DNA of 64,000 nucleotides. Source: Paraspadella gotoi (Eukaryota > Animalia > Chaetognatha). The notes beneath the pieces are model-generated. The model ran no database searches, was not told the DNA's origin, and was given only the letters and a program-made list of their open reading frames with translations. How positions within the stretch are numbered: position 1 is the stretch's first letter; every line of letters begins with the position of its first letter. Positions 53,052-64,000 of the stretch are shown piece by piece. The stretch is from assembly GCA_051294375.1 (NCBI GenBank), contig CM119267.1, positions 3,336,192 through 3,400,191 on the forward strand, written 5' to 3'. Position numbers and translations under genes: made by a program.

Positions 53052-53185
53052 TCTTTTCTTTTAACTCACAAATTGTCCCATTATTCACAACTGTCAAAAG
53101 CGCTGATGAAGACTCGAAAATCTCTGAGTCGAAAATGTCTGCACTTATTAATAATAAAATCGTTTGTAACAATTCAAATTTCTTG
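52736..53185. mobile_element. MITE-like element with ~65-bp imperfect terminal inverted repeats and internal (CT)n tracts
   Basis: gaaatttgaattgttacaacgattt..gcagacatgtttcgactcagagatt (from 52741) is inverted at aatctctgagtcgaaaatgtctgc..aaatcgtttgtaacaattcaaatttc (to 53182). Possible TA flanks. Confidence 0.75.
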
Positions 53186-53344
53186 TAAAATCTCTATACA
53201 ACAAAAAAGAAAGATATACTTTGGTCATACATGGATTTAAATTCAATGCAAAATACACGAAACGAAAATGGTTTTGAAAAATAAAAAAAAAGGATTTTTC
53301 CGAACGAAAACTCGCAAGAAAAGCCAAATCATTTTCGAGAAAAA

Positions 53345-53410
53345 AAAATATAGATCAGGGCTACGAATGTCTTTTATCGACTCTCTCCGCAGTCCGTCAT
53401 GGAATGATTT
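53345..53410 (-). promoter_or_regulatory. SECIS element of SELENOH (type II-like, atypical apical bulge)
   Basis: Minus strand ATGAC-GGACTGCGGA-GAGA-GTC-GATAAAA-GAC-A-TTCGTAGCCC-TGAT. Confidence 0.78.
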
Positions 53411-53447
53411 TGACTTTTGATTCGAGATTGTGTCGTCGACGTCACCC

Positions 53448-54190
53448 TTATCCGCGTTGCTTCTTCACGAGATCGATAACGAGCTCGTGTTCCGGAAACT
53501 TGAGTTTACGCGGCGGTCCTTTCGCTAGTCCCGACCAGAGCACGACGGGTTCGTCGTCGTCGTCGTCGTGTCTTCGTCTTCATTACGATTTCGAAACTTC
53601 CTCGTTTCGGCTTTCCCTCGGGATTGAGTTCGACCTTGAGAGAGGGGGGCGACGGGGGGGGGGGTAATGAAAAGGGAGGAAACGAGTTTCTGCGGGCGAA
53701 CGTCGATTGACAACTTTTTCCGTTCGGTTCTCGTGGGGGAAAAAAAAAAAAGAGCAAGGGGAAAGGTTTTCGAATGGTAAGGCTACTAGATATATTTCCA
53801 AGCCCAATTGCTTTTAGTCTATTAAGAAATTGACAAATCAATTATACTATGATATTATAAAGTTCACAAAAAATAAGTTTCGTTGAGTGTGAGGAAAACC
53901 TGTTAAATTCATATTATTATTCTGTTATGTTATGTTTAATGGAAAGAAATTCGTACCTCCACACTGGAAAATTCCTCCCGCAAAGCGTCGCCGATAGCGA
54001 GGGCTTTGCGCTTGAAGACGGATCAGGAGGTGCAGTGATGGATGAGGAAGCGAAGGGTTCCGTCGGTGGCCGGCTTCGGCGACTGTCTTTCATCGCCATC
54101 TTCATCGGCGTCTGTTTTTGGCTTCTTTGAAGGAACATCCTCGACTTCTTTTGAGTTGTTTTTATGACGAGTCGTTGTTCGTTTGCTCAT
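53448..54190 (-). CDS. SELENOH: Selenoprotein H (Sec at UGA 54023-54025); apparent frameshift at ~53570
   Basis: Basic N-terminus, IHHCTS-U-SVFKRKA (CxxU), LNPEGKPKRGSFEI, LWSGLAKGPPRKLKFPE. Confidence 0.92.
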
Positions 54191-54554
54191 TTTAGCAGAA
54201 AATTGAAATCTTAAATAAAAATATAACAACTTCTATGATCACTGTTCAAATTCACTGTGTAACAGGAATAACAGATGATTTGCAGATTTGCACTCAAAAT
54301 GATTAGCAGATCCAAGGCTTAACGTTATATTTCTGAACGAGGTGAAGAATATTGTCGTTCAATTAGCTCCGATTGCAAAGCGAAAATTTTTTTCTTTTCC
54401 TTTAGGCTCATGAATAGACATTATATAACTAAGCAAAAACCAATTCTTTCGACTAAAAAAAAACGAGAGGAAAAAAAATACTGTTATTATATCGGCGATC
54501 CAATAGCTAAGTTAACTAAGCAACAATTAAAAAAAATAAGTGATGAATAAAATT

Positions 54555-57500
54555 TCACAAATCTTTGTTTCCTTCGATGTTATTTTTGACTAGTTCCTTC
54601 TTATCTTGCTTTTCAACACCATCTCCCCCGCTCGAGAGACCAAGGGGTTTGGGATTTCCATTTTTCCCCGCTCCCTCGTCCAGTTTCTCAACTTTGTTTC
54701 CGGTGCCCAAGTCCACTTCGACGTCGAGTTTGGGCTGAGCTTCTACATCTTCTTTAGGTTTCGCTTCGGTATCGACTTTGGGTTTCGCATCGACTTTGGG
54801 TATTGCTTCCACATCGAGTTTGGGCTTAACGCCGACCTTTTCGATTTCCTCGATTTTCTGATGCATTTGGACGATGAGTTTCTCGTGATTCTCGAGTCTT
54901 TTCTTTAACACTTCCTTCTCATCGACTTGTGACGTCTTCTGTTCGCCGACTTTTTTCTTCACTTGCTCCTTCAATTTCTCTTCGGGACTTTTCAAAACGG
55001 ACTTTTCAGCGGGGTTGGCCGCTTTCCCCGCCGTATTAGCAGCCGCCGCCGCCGCCGCCTTAGCGTCAGCCTTGACGCCGACGAGAGGGGCCGGCGTCGC
55101 GTCTTTGTTTTTTTCTAGTTTTTTCTCAGCCTCTTTGGCGACGGCCTCTCGAGCCACGGCCTCCATGGCGGCCTCTTTCGCCGCAAATTCTTTCCTTATC
55201 GCTTCTTCGGCCGCTTGCTTAGCGTCGGCCTCTTTCTTCGCCGCCGCTTCGGCGGCCAACTTGGCAGCGGCCAGCTTGGCGGCGGCCGCCACTCGCTCCG
55301 AGGCCTCCTGAGCCGCAGCGACCATCTTCTTTTGGATTGGATCCTCCGGATTCGCTTGCTGGTCGACCGCAGCTTCGTTCTTGGCAACTTCGTCCACTTT
55401 TCTAAGATCTGCGGATCTTTCCTGTCGAATCTCTTCTTTTTCTTTGATTTCGTTCGTTTCTTTTTTCATCGGCGCGGCGGCTTCGATAATCGGAATCTTC
55501 GTCTCCTTCGCGACCTTGTTTAAGATTTCATTCGCCTTCGCGATTTTCTCCTCTGTCTTTAGGAGTTTTTCTTCGACGGGCTTTTCCTGTTTCTGATTTT
55601 CTTTATTCGCTTTTAATTCTTGGATGATTTGATTCTGCTGCTGCATTATTATTTTCTGTTGCTCCTGCTGTTGAACCAACTGTTGCAGCAAGACGTCATG
55701 CTTTTCTTCGGCGGCGTCAATCTTTCGCTGCAGCGCGTCGTAGTCTTCCTTATCCGCAACTTTCTTCTCCGAATCGAGGCCAAAGTCTTTCGCTTCTGGT
55801 AGAGCAGCTTCCTTGGCGGAGGCCGCAGCCCCCGACGCCGCAGCCGCCGAAGCGATTTTAGCTTCGGCGGCCTTGGCTTCGGCGGCTTGGGCTTCGGCGA
55901 CTTTAGCTTCGGCCGCTTTAGCTTCGGCCGCTTTGTCCTCTGATTCCTTGGGACTCTTGGGTTTTCCCGCGTCGTCCGGCTCGTGAGGAATCGGGGGCTC
56001 GTGTCGAATCTCGACCGGGGGTTCCGAGGCTTTCGGCAAATTCCTTAGGTCGCCGAGAGGGAGAGGGAGAGGATGATGATGTTGTTTAGTAAGGTCAGGA
56101 CTCGCCGGCACAGTCTCTCGCCTGTCGGTTAAGTTTAAGTAGGCGGAGGAGAGCATGATGGCGACGCCGGTGACGAATACGACTTTGCCCAGCATCTTCT
56201 CGCTTCTCTCGCCGTGAGTCAACGACGTCACCACGAGGTACAACAGAGGAGGAAAGATGAAGGAAATGAAGACACCCACCGTCGCGCCCACGAGTCCTAA
56301 GATGGCTTCGATGCCAGGAACGTTGATTCCGACGAAGAGCGTCGAGATTATTATACCTAAATGAAAGATTAACTTAATCCTAATCATATTAAGACGGACC
56401 ACTGGGCTCCGTATTCTAGTTCATACCCAAGGTGATGGCTTTAAATCGGAAAGGAGGAATGTAGGTGGCGCCGACGACTTCGACGTTGTCGGTTGAGACG
56501 TCGCCGAGACCTTTTTTCGACGGAGGCCAAATTAAACTGAAAATTAACAGAGGGGTCAACTTATACAAATGTAACAGTTCATAAAACTTTAGTTAACACT
56601 TCATTGAAAGGGAAGACAGATTCTCTGGAAGTGTGTAAGAGTCATGATCTGAATCATGCATGGTCCATGGTCCTGCTATGTTATTATAGTCTGTCCAAAG
56701 TCATGGGCAATACGACTATCACATTTTCCACGCAAACTCACCTGTTTATCGACAGCCTGCAGGGGAAGATGACCAAGGGAAAGGATCCGGCGACGGAAAG
56801 AACGAATCCCAGTTTAATGGCCTCGCCGAAGATGGAGGGACGAAAGCTGAGGAGGATGTCGCCGACGACGTTGACGTCGTAGTAAGAGACGAGACCGAAA
56901 AATCCGACGCTGAGGTAGATGGCGGCGACGATGTTCATGGCAGAGTTGATGACCTGCACCATCTTCTTCAGCGAAGGATCCGACATCGTCTCGTAGATGG
57001 GAAAAAGTTGGGTCTGACAGGCGAAGGCCAGTCCGAAGATGGGGAAACACTTGAGAACGCCGGCGGGCCGCCAAAAGGGTATGCGTTGGGGACCCGACGC
57101 CCACTCTCCGCTGAAGAGATTCGGAAGGGCCTGTCGATTGGTCAAGAAAAGTAATGAGGATATGATGGTTAACAGGATCGATAACTTTTTTTGGCGTCGC
57201 AAACCTGAAAGACGAGAAACAAGACGAGAGTGAAATAAAAACAAAATGAAAGACTCGACACGGATGTGAGACTGGAGATCTTCCTCAGCATCCCGAGGGG
57301 CAAAGCGACGCCGAAGGCCGTGACGACGAGAATGGTGGCGCGGAGGGAGGAAGAGTTGGGGATGTTTAATATCTTGGAGACGATGACGGGAGTCAAGTCG
57401 CCGATGATGACGAAAAACCCGACGCACGTGGCCAACATGAGCCCGATGGTGCAGAGCTCCACGGCCAACTTTCCCCCGGCGCCGAAGGAGTGAAGGGCGA

Positions 57501-57783
57501 GGAACTCGTAGGAACGGCGTTTGGCCACGTTGCCGGCTTTGACGAGAAAGTGGCACGACTTACGGGTGAGGTAGCTGGAGAAGCGGGGAGAGAGAGGAAA
57601 CGGCTAAAGGAATATTATAAGCGGTGTATGCAGGAGCATCGTGACTGACCCGGCAAGAAGAAGCACGAGAGGACCCAGCACGATTCCGCATTGTTTGAAA
57701 CAGTAGGGCATGGCCAGAACGCTGACCCCGACTATACTGTTGGCTAAGTTGACCACTGAGGGCCAAACGTTCGTTTCCGACAT
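54555..57783 (-). CDS. SLC38A10: Amino acid transporter SLC38A10-like with a long charged C-terminal tail
   Basis: [66 protein letters not shown], then a long Ala/Glu/Lys-rich tail. Confidence 0.88.
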
Positions 57784-58051
57784 GTTTCAAATTAATCGTC
57801 TCTAATGTCTCAGAATGAAGGCGACAAGTTAAAAACTGAGTCATAGACGATCAACGTCCAGATTTTCAAAAAATCGTAACCGACGCTCCGTTTCATTTTT
57901 ACCAAAGTTAAATTACATACGTTCATCATTCAGCTAAAAAATATAAAGAAAACGAACATGAAAATAATGAAAAATGCAACTGGAGATCACAATTCTGACA
58001 AAACAGTAAAATTCGTTTTTGTCTCTCTCTCTCTCTCTCTCTCTCCAGAAT

Positions 58052-59436
58052 TCAACCACCGGAGAGGGCAAGCCTTGCGCCTTTGGTAGCCACGCCGTTA
58101 ACACTTTGGAAAGAATTGCGAGGGATTTTTTCAAAGAGCAAAAATCCCGCGCTGCGTTCCACGGTTTCTATGGGAACGTAGAAGGACGGGAGCGGAGTCG
58201 ATTCGGCGATGTATTGATTGGGAAGGACGAACGAGTGGAGCTCGTAGGCGCCGGCGGAAGTTTGTACGACCGCGACCTAGGGAGCGAAAAAAAAAGTTCT
58301 AATGTTATTAGATTTTAGTTAGATTAATAGTTATTAGTAAATTGAAACACAAATGAATATCTCGCAAAATAATTCACCTTGAAAAAATGCGTGGGGACGG
58401 CGACTTGATTAGGTCCGATCACTTGATACTTGACGAATAATCTTCCGTCGGGTTCTTGTCTCGGCAAATAGAGAGGACCCGTCATGACAAAAACATGGGG
58501 ATTTTTACGCGCCATGCTTCTGATCTGTAGAATCGAGAAAATGAATTAGATCAAAATGGCGACAGAGGCTAAGAACGACTAATATTCGCTACCAGTTTCT
58601 CCAAACTGTTCCACGCTCCGCGGTTAAAGCCTTCCCCCACTTGAGGCGCCATGTTGGAATAAAAAAAAGTCTCTTGACATTGCTCCGGCGTGGCGCGGTG
58701 ATTACCGGCGGCCGCCAAGTGTCCACGATCGAATCCACTGTGCCTTAAAAAACGTTCATTGAAAAAGAGATTCAAAACTTACTCATTTAGATTTTCATTT
58801 TCATTTAAAATAAATAACAGATAAAATACCCATTACCCAGACTAACTTGTAATCTACGTGACTGGACTGAAAAAAGGGATGAACGCTTGGGTCAATGGTA
58901 AAGTGACAGTCTTTTCTTTCAACGTCGTCTCTTTTGGTGCACGATTCCGGAGTGAGATGCTCGAAGACCTTTACGACAAATGAACAAATTTCAAACATCT
59001 TTGAAACCAAATACAACTTGGTATTTATAAAGAAAAGTAAAAGGAACTTACCCAATACGCAGTCCTGTGCTTTCGGTCATAGGAAAGGACGTAATCGTTG
59101 CGCCATTTGAGCTGTTCGATGGTCGGAAACCCGAACCTCATCTGAGGAGATCCTTTGGAAGTCAGCGATTGAGATCTGCGTTGAAACAAAGTATCAGTGT
59201 TATGCTGCAGTATCAGTATCAAAAGACATTCGGCAATTCGGTTACATGTCGTCGAGACGGCCGCCGTCTCTGGTTCCGAAAATGGCCGGCGTTTGGACCG
59301 TCGCCGCGTGGAGAGTCGGGATGATCGGACGCCTTTCGTCGTCATAAGACTTGGAGCGTCTCTCCCACCAAACGCCGCCGCCGACCCCGAGGGCGACCGA
59401 AGTCGCAGAAGCGCAAACGAGTTTCATTCGGCTCAT
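58052..59436 (-). CDS. ENDOG: Endonuclease G, mitochondrial (multi-exon)
   Basis: MRFGFP, YVLSYDR..RTAYWV.EHL, SGFDRGHLAAAGNH, TFFYSNMAPQ, GPLYLPR, VAVPTHFFK. Confidence 0.93.
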
Positions 59437-59700
59437 ATTTAATTTACAGAGAAAATACTGTAATGTAAAGGAGAGCGCGTTAGAGAATCATTGTCCGCCT
59501 GGGATGAATTTCTCCCACTAATCTGAAGTAAAACTTACGAAAAAGAGACAAATTATGTTACTTGTGACGAGAGTGAAAAAAAAAATCTGTACAAGGGAAA
59601 AATTAGAATTGAGGAAGATGGCAGAAAACTCGGAAATGAATGAAGAAAAAAGAAGAATTTAATTTGTTTTTTTAAATTAAAAAAAAATTAAATGGATGAA

Positions 59701-61857
59701 TCAATTCTTTCCGCTTCCTCTAGAAATCTGTTCCTTTAGTATGAGGATGGACTGTCTCTGTTCGGGCGGAAGGAGCGCGATCTGCGCGTCGGAAAGTTGC
59801 AACACTTGCATGATCAACTGCGCCTTTTCTTGATCGGGAGCTGAAAATAAAATAAAAGATCGAAAAAGATTTAGCATAAAATATATTATATTTTTGACTT
59901 TTCGAGATGACTCACTGGAAGATGAAGAAGGGGCGGAGGTTAAAGGAGGCGGCGGCGCAGAGCTTCGAGGTTGCGCGGGAGATGGCGTCGCGCCGAGACT
60001 CATCGGAGGTCCACCTTGAGACATAGGAGGACGAGTGCCTCCCATATTTGGGCCTTGATTCATGGGCATGTTGGGTCCGCTTACGTTAGGGCCGTGACCC
60101 ATAGGACCGGGGCCCCCCATATTTCCGCCCGGGCCTCGCATATTGGGACCGCCCATGTTAGGCCCCATACCGCCCATATTAGGACCCGGGCCGCCCATAT
60201 TAGGCCCTGGCCCGCCCATATTAGGGCCGGGACCGCCCATATTGGGACCCGGGCCTCCCATATTAGGGCCCATTCCTCCAATGTTAGGATTTGGTCCCAT
60301 GTTGGGACCCGGACCGCCCATGTTTGATCTAGGCCCGCCCATGTGCGGGCCTGGACCGCTCATGTTTGGCCCTGGCGGCCCGAAATTGTTGGGATTCGAA
60401 TTCTGTCCGCCCATGTAATTGCCGGGTCCTCTCGACCAATCGGGCCCGTTATTCTGAGGGCCGCCTCCTTGAAAATTCCGGCCCCCGCGCGGGTCGCCAC
60501 CTCCGCCGAAGGAGTTAGAGCCGGAGTTAAAAGGAGGACCAGAGTTGCCGGAGTTCATGCTGCCAGAGTTCATGCCGCCGCTGCCGGAGTTCATGCTGCC
60601 GGAATTCATGCCGCCGCTGCCGGAGTTCATACCGCCGCTGCCGCCACCGCCACCGCCACCTCCGTTCGAGTTAAAACCGTCCTGGAATAAAAATTCAATA
60701 TCGTTGGATTTGTTTGCTGAAAGGTTAGAAGGAATGACTTGGATAAACTTTTCTGATTGTTCATATAACAATTTGTATAAAAGAGTGGCTTACCCGCGAA
60801 TCTTGTCCTTGACCGAAAGAGGACCCGCTAAACGGAGGCACAGGCGGGCGATCCATCGGGGGCACGTCGTTGAACGTCTGCATGGGCGACGGGTCGCGTC
60901 GCGCAGGAGGAGCACCCATCGAGGGGGCGCCGGATGACGACCCGGGGCCCGGTTGAATCGGCGGAATCTGGGCGGAAGAGAAACGGACCAAAGATGAGAC
61001 GAATTAACGAAGAGCGAAAATGTTGATAAGGTCATATCCTAACCAATAATTCCGTCTTTATTGGGGACGACAACAGAAGTTAACAAAATCAGTCTTCGTA
61101 CTTTGACCCCCACCTGATTATCCTGCCGGTGAAGCATGGCCATGGCCACTTTCGGGTCGACAATCCTCATGACGACCTGCGCCTGCAGCAATGCGTAAGC
61201 TAGCTGCGGGTTCTGCAGCAGCATGTTGCGAGCTTCGGTCGGATTGTTTTGAATGCAGAGCTTCATCTGTTTCATGAGCTCGAACATCTGTTCCGGCGGC
61301 AAAGAGGCCACCGCCCGCGAAATGGCCTCGGGTGCCTTCTCTGGTTCCACTGCGTCGCCGTATGGTCCGGTTCCTGCATCGGCTGCCGACAACTCTTCTT
61401 TTCCTGAGGTAATGAGAAATACGAGTAGCGGCGAACGAATGAATGAAATTTGTTTAACCAAGTTCATAAAATAAAAAAATGAGGACGAAATGAACGAACC
61501 TTTGTCCGCTGCGGCGCTGTCGACTCGAAGTTGTCGTCCGTTAAACTCGAAGCCGTTGAGATTTCGCATGGCGGAGAGCGCTGTCTCCTGGTCTTCGTAT
61601 TCGCAAAACCCGTAGCCTTTGGGTTTTCCGCTCTCGCGATCGTAGACGAGGCGAAAACTGAGAACTTTTCCCGCCGCGCGGAAAATGTCCTTAATTGAAG
61701 AAACGATTTATAAAATTGGTTCGACTAAGTCTAGTAAATCATAAGGTTGAACCTTAAGTTGTTCTTCTGAAGTGTCGTAGGGAATATTGCCAACGAAGAC
61801 TGATCGGGCAGACTTTTCCGCAGTCTGAAACCCATCGTCATTCCAAGAATTCGCCAT
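59701..61857 (-). CDS. CSTF2: Cleavage stimulation factor subunit 2 (CstF-64)
   Basis: RRM (RSVFVGNIPY, GKPKGYGFCEY), hinge (APEAISRAVASLPPEQMFELMKQMK) and C-terminal domain (QEKAQLIMQVLQLS..QIALLPPEQR). Confidence 0.95.
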
Positions 61858-62041
61858 TTTAATCAACTCGGTCAATATATTGAATATTTATTCAATTAGT
61901 TAACGCAAAAAGCTCTGAAAGGTTGATATTTAAACGAGAAACAAAATTTATTTTCTATTTCGAAACTTCTTTAAACGCCAAAAAAAAAAGAAGATAAACT
62001 GAAGTCCAAAGAAAAAGCCCAATAATTTCTTATCAAAAGTC

Positions 62042-62853
<812 letters not shown>

Positions 62854-63996
62854 TCATTTCTTCTTGCGTTCCGGGGCGCATTTTGGGCAGAACCATTTGC
62901 CTTTTGGTTTGGTGGTGAGATCGACGCAGCCAAAGTGGAACCACTCGATGGGGCAGTCGGGATTGTCGCAACCGATCATTTCGCCGTACGATACTTGATG
63001 ACACAAGCAGTAAGTGGGTTCGTTGGGATCGACGGGCATGTCAAGGACGTCTGACGTCAAAGGAAATTAGATCTATGATTTATGATCTACGATTTACGAT
63101 AAAGCGGTTTTTGTTAAAATGAAATAATCGAGAAACAAATCGTATGCATAATATCTTTTTTAAAATTGGAAATGCTTAGTACCAGACGCGGCGACGGATA
63201 TTGGAAGGAGGGCGTTGAGGGAGACTTTGGAAGGGGATTCGGCGACGGCGCCGGCGATCTTCGCCTTTTTATTTGATTTCGTCTCCTCTTTGTCCTCCGG
63301 CTCTTTTCTCTTCTGATCAACAACCACCGAAGAGATAAGTAAATTATATGTGATAAATGAAAGATTATATCAGATTATAATCGCTCACCTTTTGTTTTTT
63401 GGATTCCGCCGCGGAAGACTTTCGTCCGGCTCTTTTGCTCGTAACGGGCTCGGTTTCCCCAGCCGGGTTGCCTCGGGCGTTCATGGCCTTCTCCTTGAGA
63501 TCCGCCTCGAATCGCGCCAAGTCCGCGTCGAGTTTCCGGATGTGTTTGTCGATCATGTCGTAAGTCTTTAAAAAAAAATTAAAATGTTAAAATATACGAT
63601 TTTTTATAGACGACGTCAGTAGCCACGCAAACTACCTGCATGGCGAGCGAGAGTTTGTCATCACCGTACTCTTTACATTTGGTGAAATTTTTGTTGATTT
63701 CGCCAATCCGTTTACATTTCTCTCCCGAAGAATTCGATTTGGCGGTTCTCATGTAGTCCTCGGCGAGATCGTCTATTTCGGTCAACAGGTCCTAGAACGG
63801 CGACGAAGATCGTATTAGCAAATACATACAAAGTACATTACTCAAACTTTATTCATTTATGTCCTACTGAAACTTCCGATTCGCACACCTGCGCTCTGGC
63901 ATCCAAATCCGCCATCAAGGTGAAATTCCGTTTCAGTTCCGTCGGCAAACTTTCCAAACTGTCCAAGTAATGCTCCAAGTACATAGCGGTAGTCAT
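62854..63996 (-). CDS. ING5: Inhibitor of growth protein ING4/5 (PHD finger)
   Basis: [74 protein letters not shown]. Confidence 0.92.
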
Positions 63997-64000
63997 TTTA

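Overview
Eukaryotic (metazoan-like) DNA from a very compact genome, with GC/CpG-rich exons and short (mostly ~50-100 nt) AT-rich introns. About 26 protein-coding genes can be assembled by eye: KAT7, ATP6V1F, tetraspanin, DCAF12, beta-tubulin, ERGIC1, an 8-finger matrin/U1-type ZnF protein, BTB-Kelch, NAPEPLD, CWC22, two BTB-ZF paralogs, FANCF-like, MRPL40, SRSF3-like, ApoL-like, AKAP7-like 2H phosphoesterase, ER FKBP, a CD225/dispanin protein, SelU/PRXL2B, SELENOH, SLC38A10, ENDOG, CSTF2, RPL27A and ING4/5. The most striking feature is orientation: 25 of 26 genes are on the minus strand, 21 of them in an unbroken ~48 kb run. Stop-to-ATG gaps are as small as 87-117 bp and several ATGs are preceded by unpaired splice acceptors, which suggests operons resolved by SL trans-splicing. 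The run includes two adjacent selenoprotein genes, each with its own SECIS (one non-canonical). The only plus-strand gene is a beta-tubulin with altered GTP-site motifs. Also present: two MITEs, a SINE-like insert and several splicing oddities. Gene names come from remembered family motifs, not database searches, and exon boundaries were inferred by eye.
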